A program made the position numbers and the translations under genes. Of a DNA stretch of 64,000 nucleotides, positions 10,775-23,829 are shown piece after piece. Position 1 is the stretch's first letter. Each line of letters starts with the position of its first letter. The notes under the pieces were generated by a model, which saw only the letters and a program-made list of their open reading frames with translations, searched no databases and was not told where the DNA came from. The DNA is from a cyanobacterium endosymbiont of Rhopalodia gibba (GTDB lineage Bacteria; Cyanobacteriota; Cyanobacteriia; Cyanobacteriales; Microcystaceae): NCBI GenBank assembly GCA_045159875.1, contig CP067995.1, positions 224,001 to 288,000 on the forward strand, given 5' to 3'.

Positions 10775-12097
10775 CTATTTAGAGTTGACATCAACACAAA
10801 CTCCAGACGATTCAAGTAGTTTGATAAATTCAGTTTCCGAGAGTTGACAAATACCAAACTTTTGAGCTTTTCTTAGTTTATCACCAGGAGTTTCTCCCAC
10901 AACAACATAGTGAGTTTTTAAACTAGGAGAGCTGCTTAAAGTTCCTCCTGCTTTTTGAATATACGACTTAGCTTCATCTCGATTCATTTGGGATAAATTG
11001 CCTAATACAACTATTTTTTTACCCTCAAATAAACTCTCTTGGTTTAAGCTTTTTTCATTTTCTTGTGTATTTCCTGTAGTTGATTTTCCCTGAATTTCCT
11101 GAGTATCTTCTAATATAGATTGTGATTTAGATAGAATATTATAAGGTTTAGCAACACTATCTTGAAGACTCGATTGTTGTGTTTCTAACCCTTTAATTTT
11201 TTTTTCTAAAGTAGCCAGTCGTTTACGTTCTTTGGTTATAGTTTCTTCAAAAGTTTTTTTTTCTTTATTTAAACTATCTATTCTTTGCTCTAGGGTAGCT
11301 TCTAAAGCTTCTTTTTCTTTAGCTTGCTCTTGCAAAGTAGCCAGTTGTTTACGTTCTTTAGTTATGGTTTCTTCAAAAGTTTTTTTCTCTTGAGTTAAAC
11401 TATCTATTTTTTGTTGTAGGCTAGCTTCTAAAGCTTCTTTTTCTTTAGCTAATCCCTGAAGTTGCCTTTCTAGAGATACTACTAGTTGACTTTCTTTATT
11501 GAGAATCTCTTCAAGTTTTTTCTTTTCTTGAGTTAAACTATCTATCTTTTGTTGTAAAGTAGCAATGTTCCCTAATTCTTTTTGTAATGTATTGACTGTG
11601 TACTCATTTTCTCTACGTAAACTCTCAAGTTGCTGTTGGAGAGAAGAAACTTGCTCTTGTTGCTTAATTTGTAATTGGCATTTTAATCTTTCTGATTCTT
11701 TAAGATCCTTTCCCAAAGATATAAGTTTTTCTTTGTTTTTATCTAAATCTTTGGTTACAGCGGTAATTTCTTGCTGTTTTTTCTCTAAATTTTTAGCTAA
11801 ATTACTCTTATCAAATTCCATTTGATTGACAGTCTCTCTCAAATGAGTAAGTTGACAAGAAACTTCATCAAGTTGATGCTGGATTTGCTCTTTATCATGA
11901 GTTAACGTTTTATTGGACATAACAGCACGAGTTAGCTGCTCATGTAGAGTTTCTTTCTCTTGGTTGATCTGTTTCTGTTTGTCAACGAGTTCTAATTCCC
12001 GTTTCGTGCTACTACGACGGAGTTGCCAATAGTTAACCCAAGAAGCTCCTAAAACAAGTATCAATGCGGCAATTTCATAAACTATTTGATTTGTCAT
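10775..12097 (-). CDS. Membrane-anchored coiled-coil protein with C-terminal BRCT domain
   Basis: N-terminal TM segment, long Q/E/K/L heptad region, and LigA-type BRCT (FEGKKIVVLGNLSQMNRDEAK...GG...THYVVVGETPGDKLRKAQKFGI). Confidence 0.85.
   Translation of the reverse strand: MTNQIVYEIAALILVLGASWVNYWQLRRSSTKRELELVDKQKQINQEKETLHEQLTRAVMSNKTLTHDKEQIQHQLDEVSCQLTHLRETVNQMEFDKSNLAKNLEKKQQEITAVTKDLDKNKEKLISLGKDLKESERLKCQLQIKQQEQVSSLQQQLESLRRENEYTVNTLQKELGNIATLQQKIDSLTQEKKKLEEILNKESQLVVSLERQLQGLAKEKEALEASLQQKIDSLTQEKKTFEETITKERKQLATLQEQAKEKEALEATLEQRIDSLNKEKKTFEETITKERKRLATLEKKIKGLETQQSSLQDSVAKPYNILSKSQSILEDTQEIQGKSTTGNTQENEKSLNQESLFEGKKIVVLGNLSQMNRDEAKSYIQKAGGTLSSSPSLKTHYVVVGETPGDKLRKAQKFGICQLSETEFIKLLESSGVCVDVNSK
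11210..11565 (-). repeat. Internal in-frame repeats in the coiled-coil gene
   Basis: Three copies of QQKIDSLTQEKK-like units and two of AKEKEALEA; DNA-level similarity is visible. Confidence 0.85.
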
Positions 12098-12396
12098 ATT
12101 ACTTCTCCTAAATAAAAGCAGCCGCAGGCTAATCGTTGATCTAGAACGTATTCCTCAGTCAAGCTGATGTGACCTATCTATATCCTTACTATATATATCA
12201 GGCTGTCATACTGGAAACGGGGTAAACAGATTAAATCTTACAAATCTTAATAGAAGAAGAGGGTGGAGAAGTCGGGGAGTGTGAAAACTGTAAGATATAC
12301 GAGAGAGTTATCCCTAACATAACTTGAGAAATTTAAGAGCATCTATTAATAATTTAATTTTCTTAAAAAGATTACTAAATTAGCCTTTAACAAACT

Positions 12397-13539
12397 TTAA
12401 CAAAGATTAATCTTGCCAGCTTTTACCTTAAGAATTTGGGAAGATTGTAACCACTGAGCATTAAAAGAATGTAAATAAGTAGTTGTAATTAGGGTTTGAA
12501 ATCGTCCTTGAATTGCTTCTAATAGTTGGTTTTGTCGATTCGGATCAAGTTCAGCCAATACATCATCGAGTAATAATAATGGCGGTTCTCCTATCACCTC
12601 TTCAATCAATTGGAGCTCTGACAGTTTTAAGGATAATACAAGAGTCCGTTGTTGTCCTTGGGAAGCAGAAGATTTAGCAGGAGTTTTGTTAATTGTAAAT
12701 GTCACATCATCTCGATGAGGTCCTACTAAGCTTGTCCCTAATTGTTGTTCTGCAATGCGACGCTGTTCCATTCTATCAAGAAATGCTTCTTTAATTTGAG
12801 TTGAATCATCTGAATCACAGCAAATATTAGGTAGATAGGTTATTTCTAATATTTCTTGTCCTCCACTGATATTTTTATGCCAATTTTTAGCTAAAGAGGT
12901 TAATCTTTCTATTACTCTAGCCCTTCGCCTTGTTACCCGTGAACCTGTCTCTACTAACTGCCGATCCCAAAGGTGCAATTGAGATATCTGGAACTCTAAA
13001 TCAGCAGATGTTTCCTGATCAGCGACTTTTTTTCGTAATTTTTTTAGTACGGCATTACGTTGACGTAAAACTTGATAGTATTCGTGTAATATGTGAGCAT
13101 AAACCGGTTCTAGTTGAACTAATAGAGTATCTAGCCAACTGCGACGAGTATCAGGTGAACCCCTAACTAGGTCTAAGTCTAAGGACGAAAACCCTACCGC
13201 GTTAAGACTTCCCAAAAATTCCAGATGACGACGTAGATTTTCCTGGTTCAGAGCTAAGGTTCGTCTTCCTGGGGAACGTAGGATAATGCTGAGGTCCGAT
13301 TTACCGTAGGTTCGTTCAACATTACCCAAAATTTGCCCCATCTTCTTTCCTTCAAAAATTAAATCGTGATCGTGGTTTGTTCGATGACTTTTGAGAGTAG
13401 CTAATAATTCCACTGCTTCAAGGATATTGGACTTTCCTTGGGCATTATTTCCTAGCAAAATAGTTTTTTGTCGATCAAATTTAACCGATTGCTCAAAATA
13501 ATTCCGAAAATTATGTAAATGTAAGGTTTTGAGATACAT
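12397..13539 (-). CDS. recF: DNA replication/repair protein RecF
   Basis: FRNY, GNNAQGKSN, GPHRDD, SQGQQR and LLLDDVLAELD motifs. Confidence 0.97.
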   Translation of the reverse strand: MYLKTLHLHNFRNYFEQSVKFDRQKTILLGNNAQGKSNILEAVELLATLKSHRTNHDHDLIFEGKKMGQILGNVERTYGKSDLSIILRSPGRRTLALNQENLRRHLEFLGSLNAVGFSSLDLDLVRGSPDTRRSWLDTLLVQLEPVYAHILHEYYQVLRQRNAVLKKLRKKVADQETSADLEFQISQLHLWDRQLVETGSRVTRRRARVIERLTSLAKNWHKNISGGQEILEITYLPNICCDSDDSTQIKEAFLDRMEQRRIAEQQLGTSLVGPHRDDVTFTINKTPAKSSASQGQQRTLVLSLKLSELQLIEEVIGEPPLLLLDDVLAELDPNRQNQLLEAIQGRFQTLITTTYLHSFNAQWLQSSQILKVKAGKINLC

Positions 13540-14199
13540 TTTTTAGGCAGAGGGAAAAGAAGGGGATAGATAGTAGAGGATAAGTAGAATGTATTGTAAC
13601 CCTTCTCTTCTACTTCCAACGTAATTCCCAATTATAAAGAAAATACGAGAATAAATACTTTTGAAATTATTAATCCTACTGAGGATGGCTAAACACCAAT
13701 TCAAGCCTTATCAATTCTGCCGTTGAGAAATCAAGAAGAGTTACTGATTTAATCGAACTACCATCCAAGGCACTATTCAATAATAAGCTTTTTGAGTCTC
13801 TTTTTTGTGGATTTATGTAAGCTAACAGTCCTATCCTACTCCATAGATCAGCCTGTCCCACGACTTTTCCGACAAGAAAATCAACTTACTTGACATATTG
13901 CTAACAAATTCTCAAGCAGAAAAATGTGCAGTTTTGACCTTCTTCTAAATACAACTATTATTATTAGTCAACTCTTGAATATTAAATAAAATTCAAAATG
14001 CTTTAATCGGCTCAATTGAAATATTAGCTTAGGCAAAAATATGTAGTCATCCCTTAAAAATCTAATATTCTGCCAATACATCTAAATTTTCCATAGAAAT
14101 AATAATGTTTTTTTTCTCTTTAATTAATTTAATTTCTCGAAGAACAATATTGTATGTGATGAACTGATATGTTTAAAGTCAGGGGAGAAAAGGATTTTC

Positions 14200-14860
14200 T
14201 TTAAGTCAAGTAGATAAACTATCAAAGTTGACTAGCAATACGAAAATTCTCTTCAGAACAAAAATAATAGCCAAAATATTATATTGACACCCAAGAGGAT
14301 CGAAAGGCAAAGAAATTGCAGACTAGGTGAAATTGTTACCAAGTGCAATTTATAGACGAATTAGTCTAGGAAGAGAAGAATTTTAATGTATTCCGATAAG
14401 TGGAAAACAAAAAACTAGGAAACAAGAAAATACGAAATATTTTGAAGAGATCCAATAAAAGGATAAAACAACTTATGATAGCAAACAATTATCTAAATTT
14501 TTAAAAAGAGAGAAGTAAAATTAACTTCTGGAATAATCAATCAATTTTTTATAAAAAGGGACATAAATAAAAAAGAATAAAAGTGATGATGGGAGTTGAT
14601 AAATATCCGATAAAAAAAGCACAAAAATTCTAGAGAAACAAAGTAGATAAAGCAAAATTTAAATAAAAAAAAAAGACTATATATATAGTTTATGCTAATT
14701 TATAGTCTATTAAATAGAACAAAAGGGAAATTACATTAAATAAAATCTCATAAAATTGCTGAAAATATATTCAAAGATAAAAATAGTTTAAATCAGGTAA
14801 CTTAATAAAATATTTTTATAAATAGTTGCCTCTAAATAATATAAATAAATCGGTTTAAAT
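14200..14860 (+). mobile_element. IS630-family transposase remnant
   Basis: KLSKLTSNTKILFRTKIIAKILY*HPRGSKGKEIAD*VK...AIYRRISLGREE is homologous to the remnants at 10230 and 50461. Confidence 0.6.
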
Positions 14861-15188
14861 TAGTGTTAAATTCATGCCAATCAATATCTCTATTAGTGCA
14901 AGTTAACAGTCCACCTAATTGTCTAATAGTTCTTAACATAGTGTCATTTATTCTATGTCCGACTACTTTCTTGAAGCTTACACAGCTTAATTTAAATAAG
15001 TTTTATTTAATCGCTTCTTTGAAAATTACGAAGAATACTATTATTAATATAGGGATTAGTTTGATGTAATTTTACTTCTTAGAGAAAGTGAAACTCGTTA
15101 CCTAATTTTACATTTTTTTGAGCAGGTATTTAGCGATCATTTCTTAGACTTTATTGAGACTTTCAGATTCAGACATAGACATAATAGT

Positions 15189-16583
15189 TTATGGTTTATC
15201 ATGCAAAGGATAAGCCATGTCTTCAGGACTAACTAAAAAATCAAATTCTTCGGCAGACAGAAACCCCAAACTCACACATGCTTCCTTTAAAGTTACTTGT
15301 TCAACATAAGCTTTCTTTGCGACTTTTGCTGCATTATCATAGCCAATATGAGGATTTAGCGAAGTTACTAACATTAGAGAATTGTTTAAATAATCCTCAA
15401 TTTGTTTTCTGTTAGGTTCAATACCTAAAACCAAATGGTCTGTAAAAGAGGAACAAACATCGGCTAATAATCGAATAGAATTTAAAATATTAAAAATTAA
15501 TATAGGTTTAAAAACATTTAGTTCAAAATTTCCCTGACTTCCTGCTATTCCTATAGCTGAATCATTACCTATTACTTGTACACAAACCATGGTCATTGCT
15601 TCACATTGCGTGGGGTTAACTTTCCCTGGCATAATTGAAGACCCCGGTTCATTTGCCGGTAATATTAATTCTCCTAAACCACAACGAGGACCCGATGCTA
15701 ACCAGCGAATATCATTGGCAATTTTCATCAAAGAACCTGCTAAGGTTTTAATGGTTCCACTGGTCATCACAATAGCATCATGGGCGGCTAAAGCGGCAAA
15801 TTTATTGGGAGAGGAGACAAAAGGTAAATTGGTTAATTGAGCGATTTCATCTGCCACCCGTTGGGCAAAATCTGGGTGAGTATTTAACCCAGTCCCAACT
15901 GCCGTTCCCCCGATGGCTAATTCATAGAGGTCAGGTAAAATTCGTTGAAGGCGATCAATATTTTTGTCAAGTTGAGAAATATAGCCTGAAAATTCCTGTC
16001 CTAAACTTAAAGGAACCGCATCCATAAGATGGGTTCGACCAATTTTTATAATGTCATTAAATTTATTTTTTTTTCTTGCTAAAGCATCCCGCAATTTAAT
16101 CACCATTGGCAATAAATTATAATTAATTTTCTCCACTATAGCAATGTGCATCGCTGTAGGAAAAGTATCATTAGAAGACTGGGACATATTAACATGATCA
16201 TTAGGATGAATAGGGTCTTTGCTCCCTAAAATACCTCCCGCTAATTCAATCCCTCGGTTTGCGATCACTTCATTTGCATTCATGTTGGTTTGCGTGCCAC
16301 TTCCTGTCTGCCAAATACTCAAAGGAAAGTGAGAATCAAGGTCTCCTGCAATAACTTCATCTGCGGCTTGTGTAATTAATATAACTTTGTCAAATGGCAA
16401 TTTTCCTAAATCATAATTAACTTTAGCCGCTGCTTTTTTCAAAATACCAAAAGCTCTAATCATTTCTGGAGGCATGATATCATTACCAATAGCAAAATAG
16501 TGGAGTGAGCGCTGAGTTTGCGCTCCCCAGTAGCAGTCATCTGGAACATCAATAGCTCCTATACTGTCGGTTTCAGTTCGCAT
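15189..16583 (-). CDS. fumC: Fumarate hydratase class II
   Basis: [20 protein letters not shown] and [15 protein letters not shown] motifs. Confidence 0.97.
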   Translation of the reverse strand: MRTETDSIGAIDVPDDCYWGAQTQRSLHYFAIGNDIMPPEMIRAFGILKKAAAKVNYDLGKLPFDKVILITQAADEVIAGDLDSHFPLSIWQTGSGTQTNMNANEVIANRGIELAGGILGSKDPIHPNDHVNMSQSSNDTFPTAMHIAIVEKINYNLLPMVIKLRDALARKKNKFNDIIKIGRTHLMDAVPLSLGQEFSGYISQLDKNIDRLQRILPDLYELAIGGTAVGTGLNTHPDFAQRVADEIAQLTNLPFVSSPNKFAALAAHDAIVMTSGTIKTLAGSLMKIANDIRWLASGPRCGLGELILPANEPGSSIMPGKVNPTQCEAMTMVCVQVIGNDSAIGIAGSQGNFELNVFKPILIFNILNSIRLLADVCSSFTDHLVLGIEPNRKQIEDYLNNSLMLVTSLNPHIGYDNAAKVAKKAYVEQVTLKEACVSLGFLSAEEFDFLVSPEDMAYPLHDKP

Positions 16584-16974
16584 ACCATCTCTTCATAAAG
16601 TACTATGACTACATATCATATTATACTCCATGATTTCACTGGCTTCTTGTTGTAAAATCAAGACAGCTCTCTCGTAATGAACTTCTCAAAAAATTTTACT
16701 AAACTAAATTTCTTATTAGAAAACCTATGAAGTTTAGGACTATTTATTGATTAAAGTAAATGGGGATCTTTTATCCTTTTTTTGAGAAAATTGACTAGTT
16801 TTTATTTTTTATAAATTTTAGAAGTTGAAAAGCTAAGGAGTCTATAGTTCGTAATTTTTTGTTACGCTAAACGTTGATTTTCAAATAAAAAAGACAGAAA
16901 TTAAAGCGATGAGTATAATTGATGACGACTTAATTTTGAACTTGAAACTTAAAAGATATACAACTATTTACCTA

Positions 16975-18015
16975 TTACTCAACCTGAACGCGTTCTAATT
17001 ACAGGCATCACTGGACAAGATTGCTCTTATATAAGTGAGTTTTTATTAGAACAGGGATACGAAGTTCATGAGATTATTCGACGAACTTCAACTTTTAATA
17101 CTTGATACTAATCGCATAGATCATATACGATATACATCGATTTCCCTAATTTTTAGGCAAGATTATTCCTCTATTCTGGAGATTTAACTGATAGTACCAC
17201 CTTGCGTCGAATTTTAGAAGAAGTAAAACCTATTGAGATCTATAATTTATAGGAATGGGGACTTTACGACTTCGAGAAGCCATTCGAGAATACCAACACC
17301 GCACAGGAATTGAAGTACGCTTTTACCAAGCAGGATCATCAGAAATGTTTGGGAAGGTTCAAGAGATTCCCAAAAAAGAAAATACCCCATTTTATCCTTG
17401 TAGTCCCTACGCATGTGCCAAAATTTACGCTCATTAGCAAACTGTAAATTATCGATAATCTTACGATTTATTTGCCTGTAATGGAATTTTGTTAAACCAT
17501 GAATCCCCCGTCGCGGAGAAACTTTCGTTACCCGAAAGATTACCCGAAAGATCACCCGTATTGTCGCTGGAACTCAGAAAGAACTCTTTTTAGGAAATCT
17601 CTACTCTAGGCGAGATTGGAGCTACGCTAAAGATTATGTTGAAGCCATGTGGTTAATGCTCCAACAAGAACAACCAGATTATGTCATAACCACAGGAGAA
17701 ACCCATTCTATCCGAGAATTCCTCGATCTTTCCTTTAGTTACGTCCACCTCAACTGGGAAGATTACATTTCTTTCGATGAACGCTATCTCCGCCCGGCTG
17801 AAGTCAATATACTGCTCGGCGGTACAACTAAAGCCAAAATAAAATTGGAGTGGGAATCTTCTGTCACCTTCGAAGAATTGGTCCACTTGATAGTAGAAGC
17901 AGACTTAGCGTTTCCATTGGGACTTTGTCGCCCCAATGGAAACGCTAAAAACCAAACATTGCCAATTAAAGATAATGTTTATATTTGTCGATCTACAGGC
18001 TTAAGCGTGGACTAA
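16975..18015 (+). pseudogene. gmd: GDP-mannose 4,6-dehydratase pseudogene
   Basis: [33 protein letters not shown] and YLRPAEV are split by stops and frameshifts; the AQSHV segment is deleted. Confidence 0.93.
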
Positions 18016-18353
18016 CGATGATCTTCATGGTGATTGAGTTATGCTAGGTATAGCACTGCGCATTGCGGTTAGGGTATTGATACAATTACTAAATCTTGTA
18101 TGCTTATACACTGTCCACTTCACAATAAATAATGTCATAATCTACGCTTTGTACTGTTATAAACTCATGGTAAGCCCTTTAGAGCTTCTATGGTAAGTCT
18201 TCATTATAAACTTTGAATAAAAAAACCAAATTTTGGCTACGCTATTTATCTGTCATCATTATTTAGATAACAACTGATATTTTCCTCCCCTCGACCTTAA
18301 GCCTTAAATTGTTAATAAAATTGAACAAGCAAAATACTAGGTAGAATTGACCC

Positions 18354-19260
18354 ATGTTAGATTTAACAAACAAGCGAATCTTAGTGACAGGCGGTGCTAT
18401 ATTTTTGGCAAACAAGTTGTCAAGCAATTAGTCTAAGCGGGAGCTAATATTGAAAGAATTACTATTCCCCGTTCTCAAGACTGAGACTTATGGGTTCTAA
18501 AAAATTGTCAACGTGTAGCTAATCAATACGATATTATTATTCATTTGGCTGCCCATGTGGGAGGAATTGGCTTAAATCGAGAAAAAACTGCCGAATTATA
18601 TTACGCTCATTTGATAATGAGAACTCAATTAATTCACGTTGTTTATGAAGTAGGAATATAAAAATTTATCTGTGTGGGAACAATTTGTGCTTACCCGAAG
18701 TTCACACCTGTTCTTTTTAAAGAAGATGATCTTTGTAATGGCTATCCCAAAGAAACTAATGCTCCTTATGGTTTTGCTAAAAAAGCCTTATTAGTTAAAC
18801 TCCAATCCTATCGCTTGCAATATGCATTTAATGGAATTTATCTGCTTCCAGTTAATTTGTATGGATCTGAAGATAATTTTAATCCTCATAGTTCTCATGT
18901 TATTCCTGCTTTAATCCGTAAGGTATATGAAGCCCAACGACTAGGAAATAAAACCCTTCATGCTTGGGGTGATGGTTCTCCTCCGAGAGAATTTCTATAC
19001 TCAACAGATGCGGCAAGAGGAATTGTGATGGGAACTCAATTATATAGTGATATAGACTCTGTTGACTTAGGAACAAATCACGAAATTTATATCTGTAATC
19101 TAGTAAAATTAATCTGTGAATTAATGGAAGTCAAAGGAGACATTGCTTGGTAAATAGAAAAACTAACTGGGCAATTTTGTCGTTGTTTCGATACCCATTA
19201 TTTGCGTATAATTGGTATCTACAACAGAGATTAAATTTAAATAAAAGTTAAAAAATACTA
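18354..19260 (+). pseudogene. fcl: GDP-L-fucose synthase pseudogene
   Basis: ILVTGG, IIHLAAHVGGIG, GTICAYPK, SSHVIPALIRK and WGDGSP.REFLY, with stops and frameshifts. Confidence 0.92.
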
Positions 19261-19730
19261 TAAAAAAACTTCATTAGTTTGAAGATATTTATGGTAGATA
19301 AAAAAATTAAAATTTTTCGATAATAAGGTTTATTATTGGCAATTAATCTTGATAGGGCGATAAGATAATGTATCTTCCAGACTGTTTTTTAAAAAAAAGT
19401 AGCTAATAAATTTAAACACCTTTATTATTACTGGATTCTATGATGTCAAAAATTTAATTATTATCAAAATAAGTATTGTTTTATTAGGAACTTAAGAAGG
19501 TAAGACTTTTAACTTTTATTTACTTAAACTGTTTTTGTAGTAAGCCTGAAAGAGTCGAAACAATCCCATAATCAATTAAATTCATCTAATTTAATAAGTG
19601 GCAAATAAAATTAAATTATAAATTAAACTCAAGAGATTGAAATGAATTACAATAACTTATCCATTAAGTAAAAAATTATGTATTATCTAGATAGATCACA
19701 CTCGTTATTAAGATTTGGTGAGGAGTAGGC

Positions 19731-22157
19731 GTGTTTAATCAGTTAGGGTTAAAGTTTAGGGAGAAAATAAATCAGATTTTGCACTCAAAATCAAAAAACC
19801 CTAAAGGGACAAATAAAAATCTAGGTAATGACTCTGATGACATCGAGTCTTGCCAAGAGAAGAATCAACCTGAAATCAGTTTCTCAGTAAAAATCTCCAA
19901 GACCTTACCTCAACTGGTTAGCTTATTTCAAGAGGTATCTCAAACCTCTATTAATTCTGTTAAACGAATTGTCTCCATAAGCCATAATCCAAAATTTTGT
20001 CTGTTGTTTGGAATAGGACTGGGAGCCAGTAGTGGTGTGATTGCCCTAGGATATGGCATCTATCAACTTGAAAGTAGCATCACAGAACCAGTTGAAGAAG
20101 TCCTCACCTATGCTCCTCCTAAGACCTTGATCATTAAATCATCTGATGGAATTGTTCTTAAAGAACTAGGTCCAGTTACTCATGAAAAACTAAAAATTTG
20201 GCAGATTCCTGACCTCGTTATTCAAGCATTTATTGCCAGTGAAGATCATCGTTTTAAGAACCATCGAGGGGTTGATATACATGGAGTTGTTCGTGCAGCT
20301 TTTTCTAATTTACTGGCGGGAGAAGTAGTCGAAGGGGGAAGCACGATCACTCAACAATTAGCACGCATTGTTTTCTTGAACCAGGAAATCAACATAATCC
20401 GAAAAATCAAGGAAATGCGCTTGGCTCAGAAAATAGAAGGAAAATTGACTAAAGACCAAATCTTAGAACGTTATCTCAATTTGGTTTATTTAGGATCGGG
20501 AGCCTATGGGGTTGCCGATGCAGCTTGGGTCTATTTTAGTAAACCTATCGATCAACTAACTGTAGCTGAAGCGGCGACCCTAGCAGGAATTGTACCTGCT
20601 CCCAGTGTTTATTCTCCTATGCAGAACAAGGCAGCCACTATTGAACGTCGAAATCTCGTACTACAAAGAATGAAAATTAAGGGCTTTATTAGTGCTTCCC
20701 AAGTAAAAGAAGCAATTGCTGACCCCATTCTTCTCAAACCCCGTAAACCCAAACGTCTACTAGGAAAAGCTCCCTATTTCACAGATTATATTCAACTTCA
20801 ACTACCGAAATATCTCTCTAAAGAGGTGTTGCAACAAGGGGGAATTGTGGTAGAAACCACCCTCAATAATCAATGGCAAGAAGCTGCCGAAGCCGCTATT
20901 GAAAAGGCTGTGACAGAATATGGTCGATGGCAAGGGTTTAAACAAGCAGCATTGACGGCGGTTGATCCGCGTAACGGACAAATTAAAGCGATGGTTGGGG
21001 GAAAAGACTACAAAAATCATCAATATAATCGGGTGACTCAAGCTCAACGTCAACCAGGGTCTACCTTTAAAACTTTTGTTTACGCTACCGCGATCGCTGC
21101 TGGACTTTCGCCTGACCAAACCTTCCAAAACTCTCCTTACGTGGTGGATGGTTATCGACCAGAGAATTATGGTGATCGCTATAGCGGCGTTCCCGTTTCC
21201 ATTCGCAAAGCTCTCGCCTCTTCATTAAATGTGGTAGCGGTTCAAACATTGGTAAAAGTGGGATGGAACCCCATCATTGAAGTTGCCAAAAAAATGGGTA
21301 TTGAATCGGAATTAAAACCGACCTATTCCTTAGCATTGGGAGCATGGGAAGTTAATTTACTCGAATTAACCAGTGCTTATGGAACGTTAGCCAACTTCGG
21401 TATCCATCAACGCGCCCACGGCATTGATCGTATTCTTGATCGCCACGGGCAGATTCTATATCAAGCTACATTTCCTCCCAAAGAAGTGATTGACTCCGAT
21501 ACCACTGCAATTATGACTTCTATGCTACAGGAGGTAGTGACTGGGGGAACCGGAACCTCTGCTCAATTAGGAAAGCGACCGGTAGCAGGAAAAACGGGAA
21601 CCTCTGATAAAGCCAGAGATTTATGGTTTATTGGCTATATTCCCCAGTTAACAGCCGGGGTGTGGTTAGGGAACGATAATAACGGTCCCACCAGGGGAGC
21701 AAGTACCACGGCTGCGGCCATTTGGAAAGAATTTATGGAGGAAGCCGTCAAGGGTACCCCCATTGAGTCTTTTCCACTTGTTCCCAATATCAAAGGACGT
21801 GAACCAACCATTAAAGCCGAACCTATCAGCCCGAAAAAGAAATCATATACAGTGGCTACACAGTCTGGAGCATCGCGTTCAAGGTCTATGCTCAGTACTC
21901 GTAGCAGAAAACAAACCGTAACTCGCCGTCAGCGCGTCTACACTGGTTCTCAAGAAGTAGCTCCAACTCAGATAAGAAAACGGTCAGTTACTCCATCGAG
22001 TCTTCCCCCACAAACAGCAGTTACCTCCAAAACTAAACTCCCTGTTTCTAATCACCTCGCTGCCCCTAGTGCTATTAGAAGGTCCAGTTCTACTTCTACT
22101 TCTTCTAAAGCTGAATTTTCGCCTCCAGCCCCCCCTGCGTCACGTAAAGCTAATTAA
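19731..22157 (+). CDS. Class A penicillin-binding protein (PBP1A family)
   Basis: EDHRF, GGSTITQQL, RQPGSTFK, SLN and KTGT motifs; N-terminal TM segment and S/T/P-rich tail. Confidence 0.95.
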   Translation: MFNQLGLKFREKINQILHSKSKNPKGTNKNLGNDSDDIESCQEKNQPEISFSVKISKTLPQLVSLFQEVSQTSINSVKRIVSISHNPKFCLLFGIGLGASSGVIALGYGIYQLESSITEPVEEVLTYAPPKTLIIKSSDGIVLKELGPVTHEKLKIWQIPDLVIQAFIASEDHRFKNHRGVDIHGVVRAAFSNLLAGEVVEGGSTITQQLARIVFLNQEINIIRKIKEMRLAQKIEGKLTKDQILERYLNLVYLGSGAYGVADAAWVYFSKPIDQLTVAEAATLAGIVPAPSVYSPMQNKAATIERRNLVLQRMKIKGFISASQVKEAIADPILLKPRKPKRLLGKAPYFTDYIQLQLPKYLSKEVLQQGGIVVETTLNNQWQEAAEAAIEKAVTEYGRWQGFKQAALTAVDPRNGQIKAMVGGKDYKNHQYNRVTQAQRQPGSTFKTFVYATAIAAGLSPDQTFQNSPYVVDGYRPENYGDRYSGVPVSIRKALASSLNVVAVQTLVKVGWNPIIEVAKKMGIESELKPTYSLALGAWEVNLLELTSAYGTLANFGIHQRAHGIDRILDRHGQILYQATFPPKEVIDSDTTAIMTSMLQEVVTGGTGTSAQLGKRPVAGKTGTSDKARDLWFIGYIPQLTAGVWLGNDNNGPTRGASTTAAAIWKEFMEEAVKGTPIESFPLVPNIKGREPTIKAEPISPKKKSYTVATQSGASRSRSMLSTRSRKQTVTRRQRVYTGSQEVAPTQIRKRSVTPSSLPPQTAVTSKTKLPVSNHLAAPSAIRRSSSTSTSSKAEFSPPAPPASRKAN

Positions 22158-22389
22158 CTACCTAGGTGAGGAATCAGGAGACTTAACTTAAGCAAAACAT
22201 TAATTAGAGAACGTTAAGCAAAATACAGTTTTTTGGGGATTTCTCTTCTTTTTTTAGGCTGTAACACACTTAACTTAATAGGTTTTGAGTATATTGCGCT
22301 ATGTTAATACACCCTATAATTTTATGAGTTCGGGGTTTTACCTTGAATGTATTTTTCATGTATGCCTTTTAAGTATAAAAACTTATAAA

Positions 22390-22416
22390 AAGAACAAACC
22401 CACCTTTCGAGGTGGG
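22390..22416 (-). terminator. Intrinsic terminator downstream of eno
   Basis: cccacct-ttcg-aggtggg hairpin followed by a T-rich tract on the minus strand. Confidence 0.7.
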
Positions 22417-22453
22417 CAAAATAAATCAATCAAACTCTAAGTAATTTAAGTCC

Positions 22454-23746
<1,293 letters not shown>

Positions 23747-23829
23747 TTAGGTCTATCCAATAATAAAGAAATATGATCATTAAGTGAGATGTATCCTGAG
23801 AATACAGCTATTTTCATCAAAAATGAAGA

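Noticed and set aside
13676..13960. 61-aa ORF upstream of recF
   Set aside because: Possibly a gene remnant, but no family could be assigned.
17255..19153. ORFs 17255, 17647 and 18674 as independent genes
   Set aside because: They are fragments of the gmd and fcl pseudogenes.
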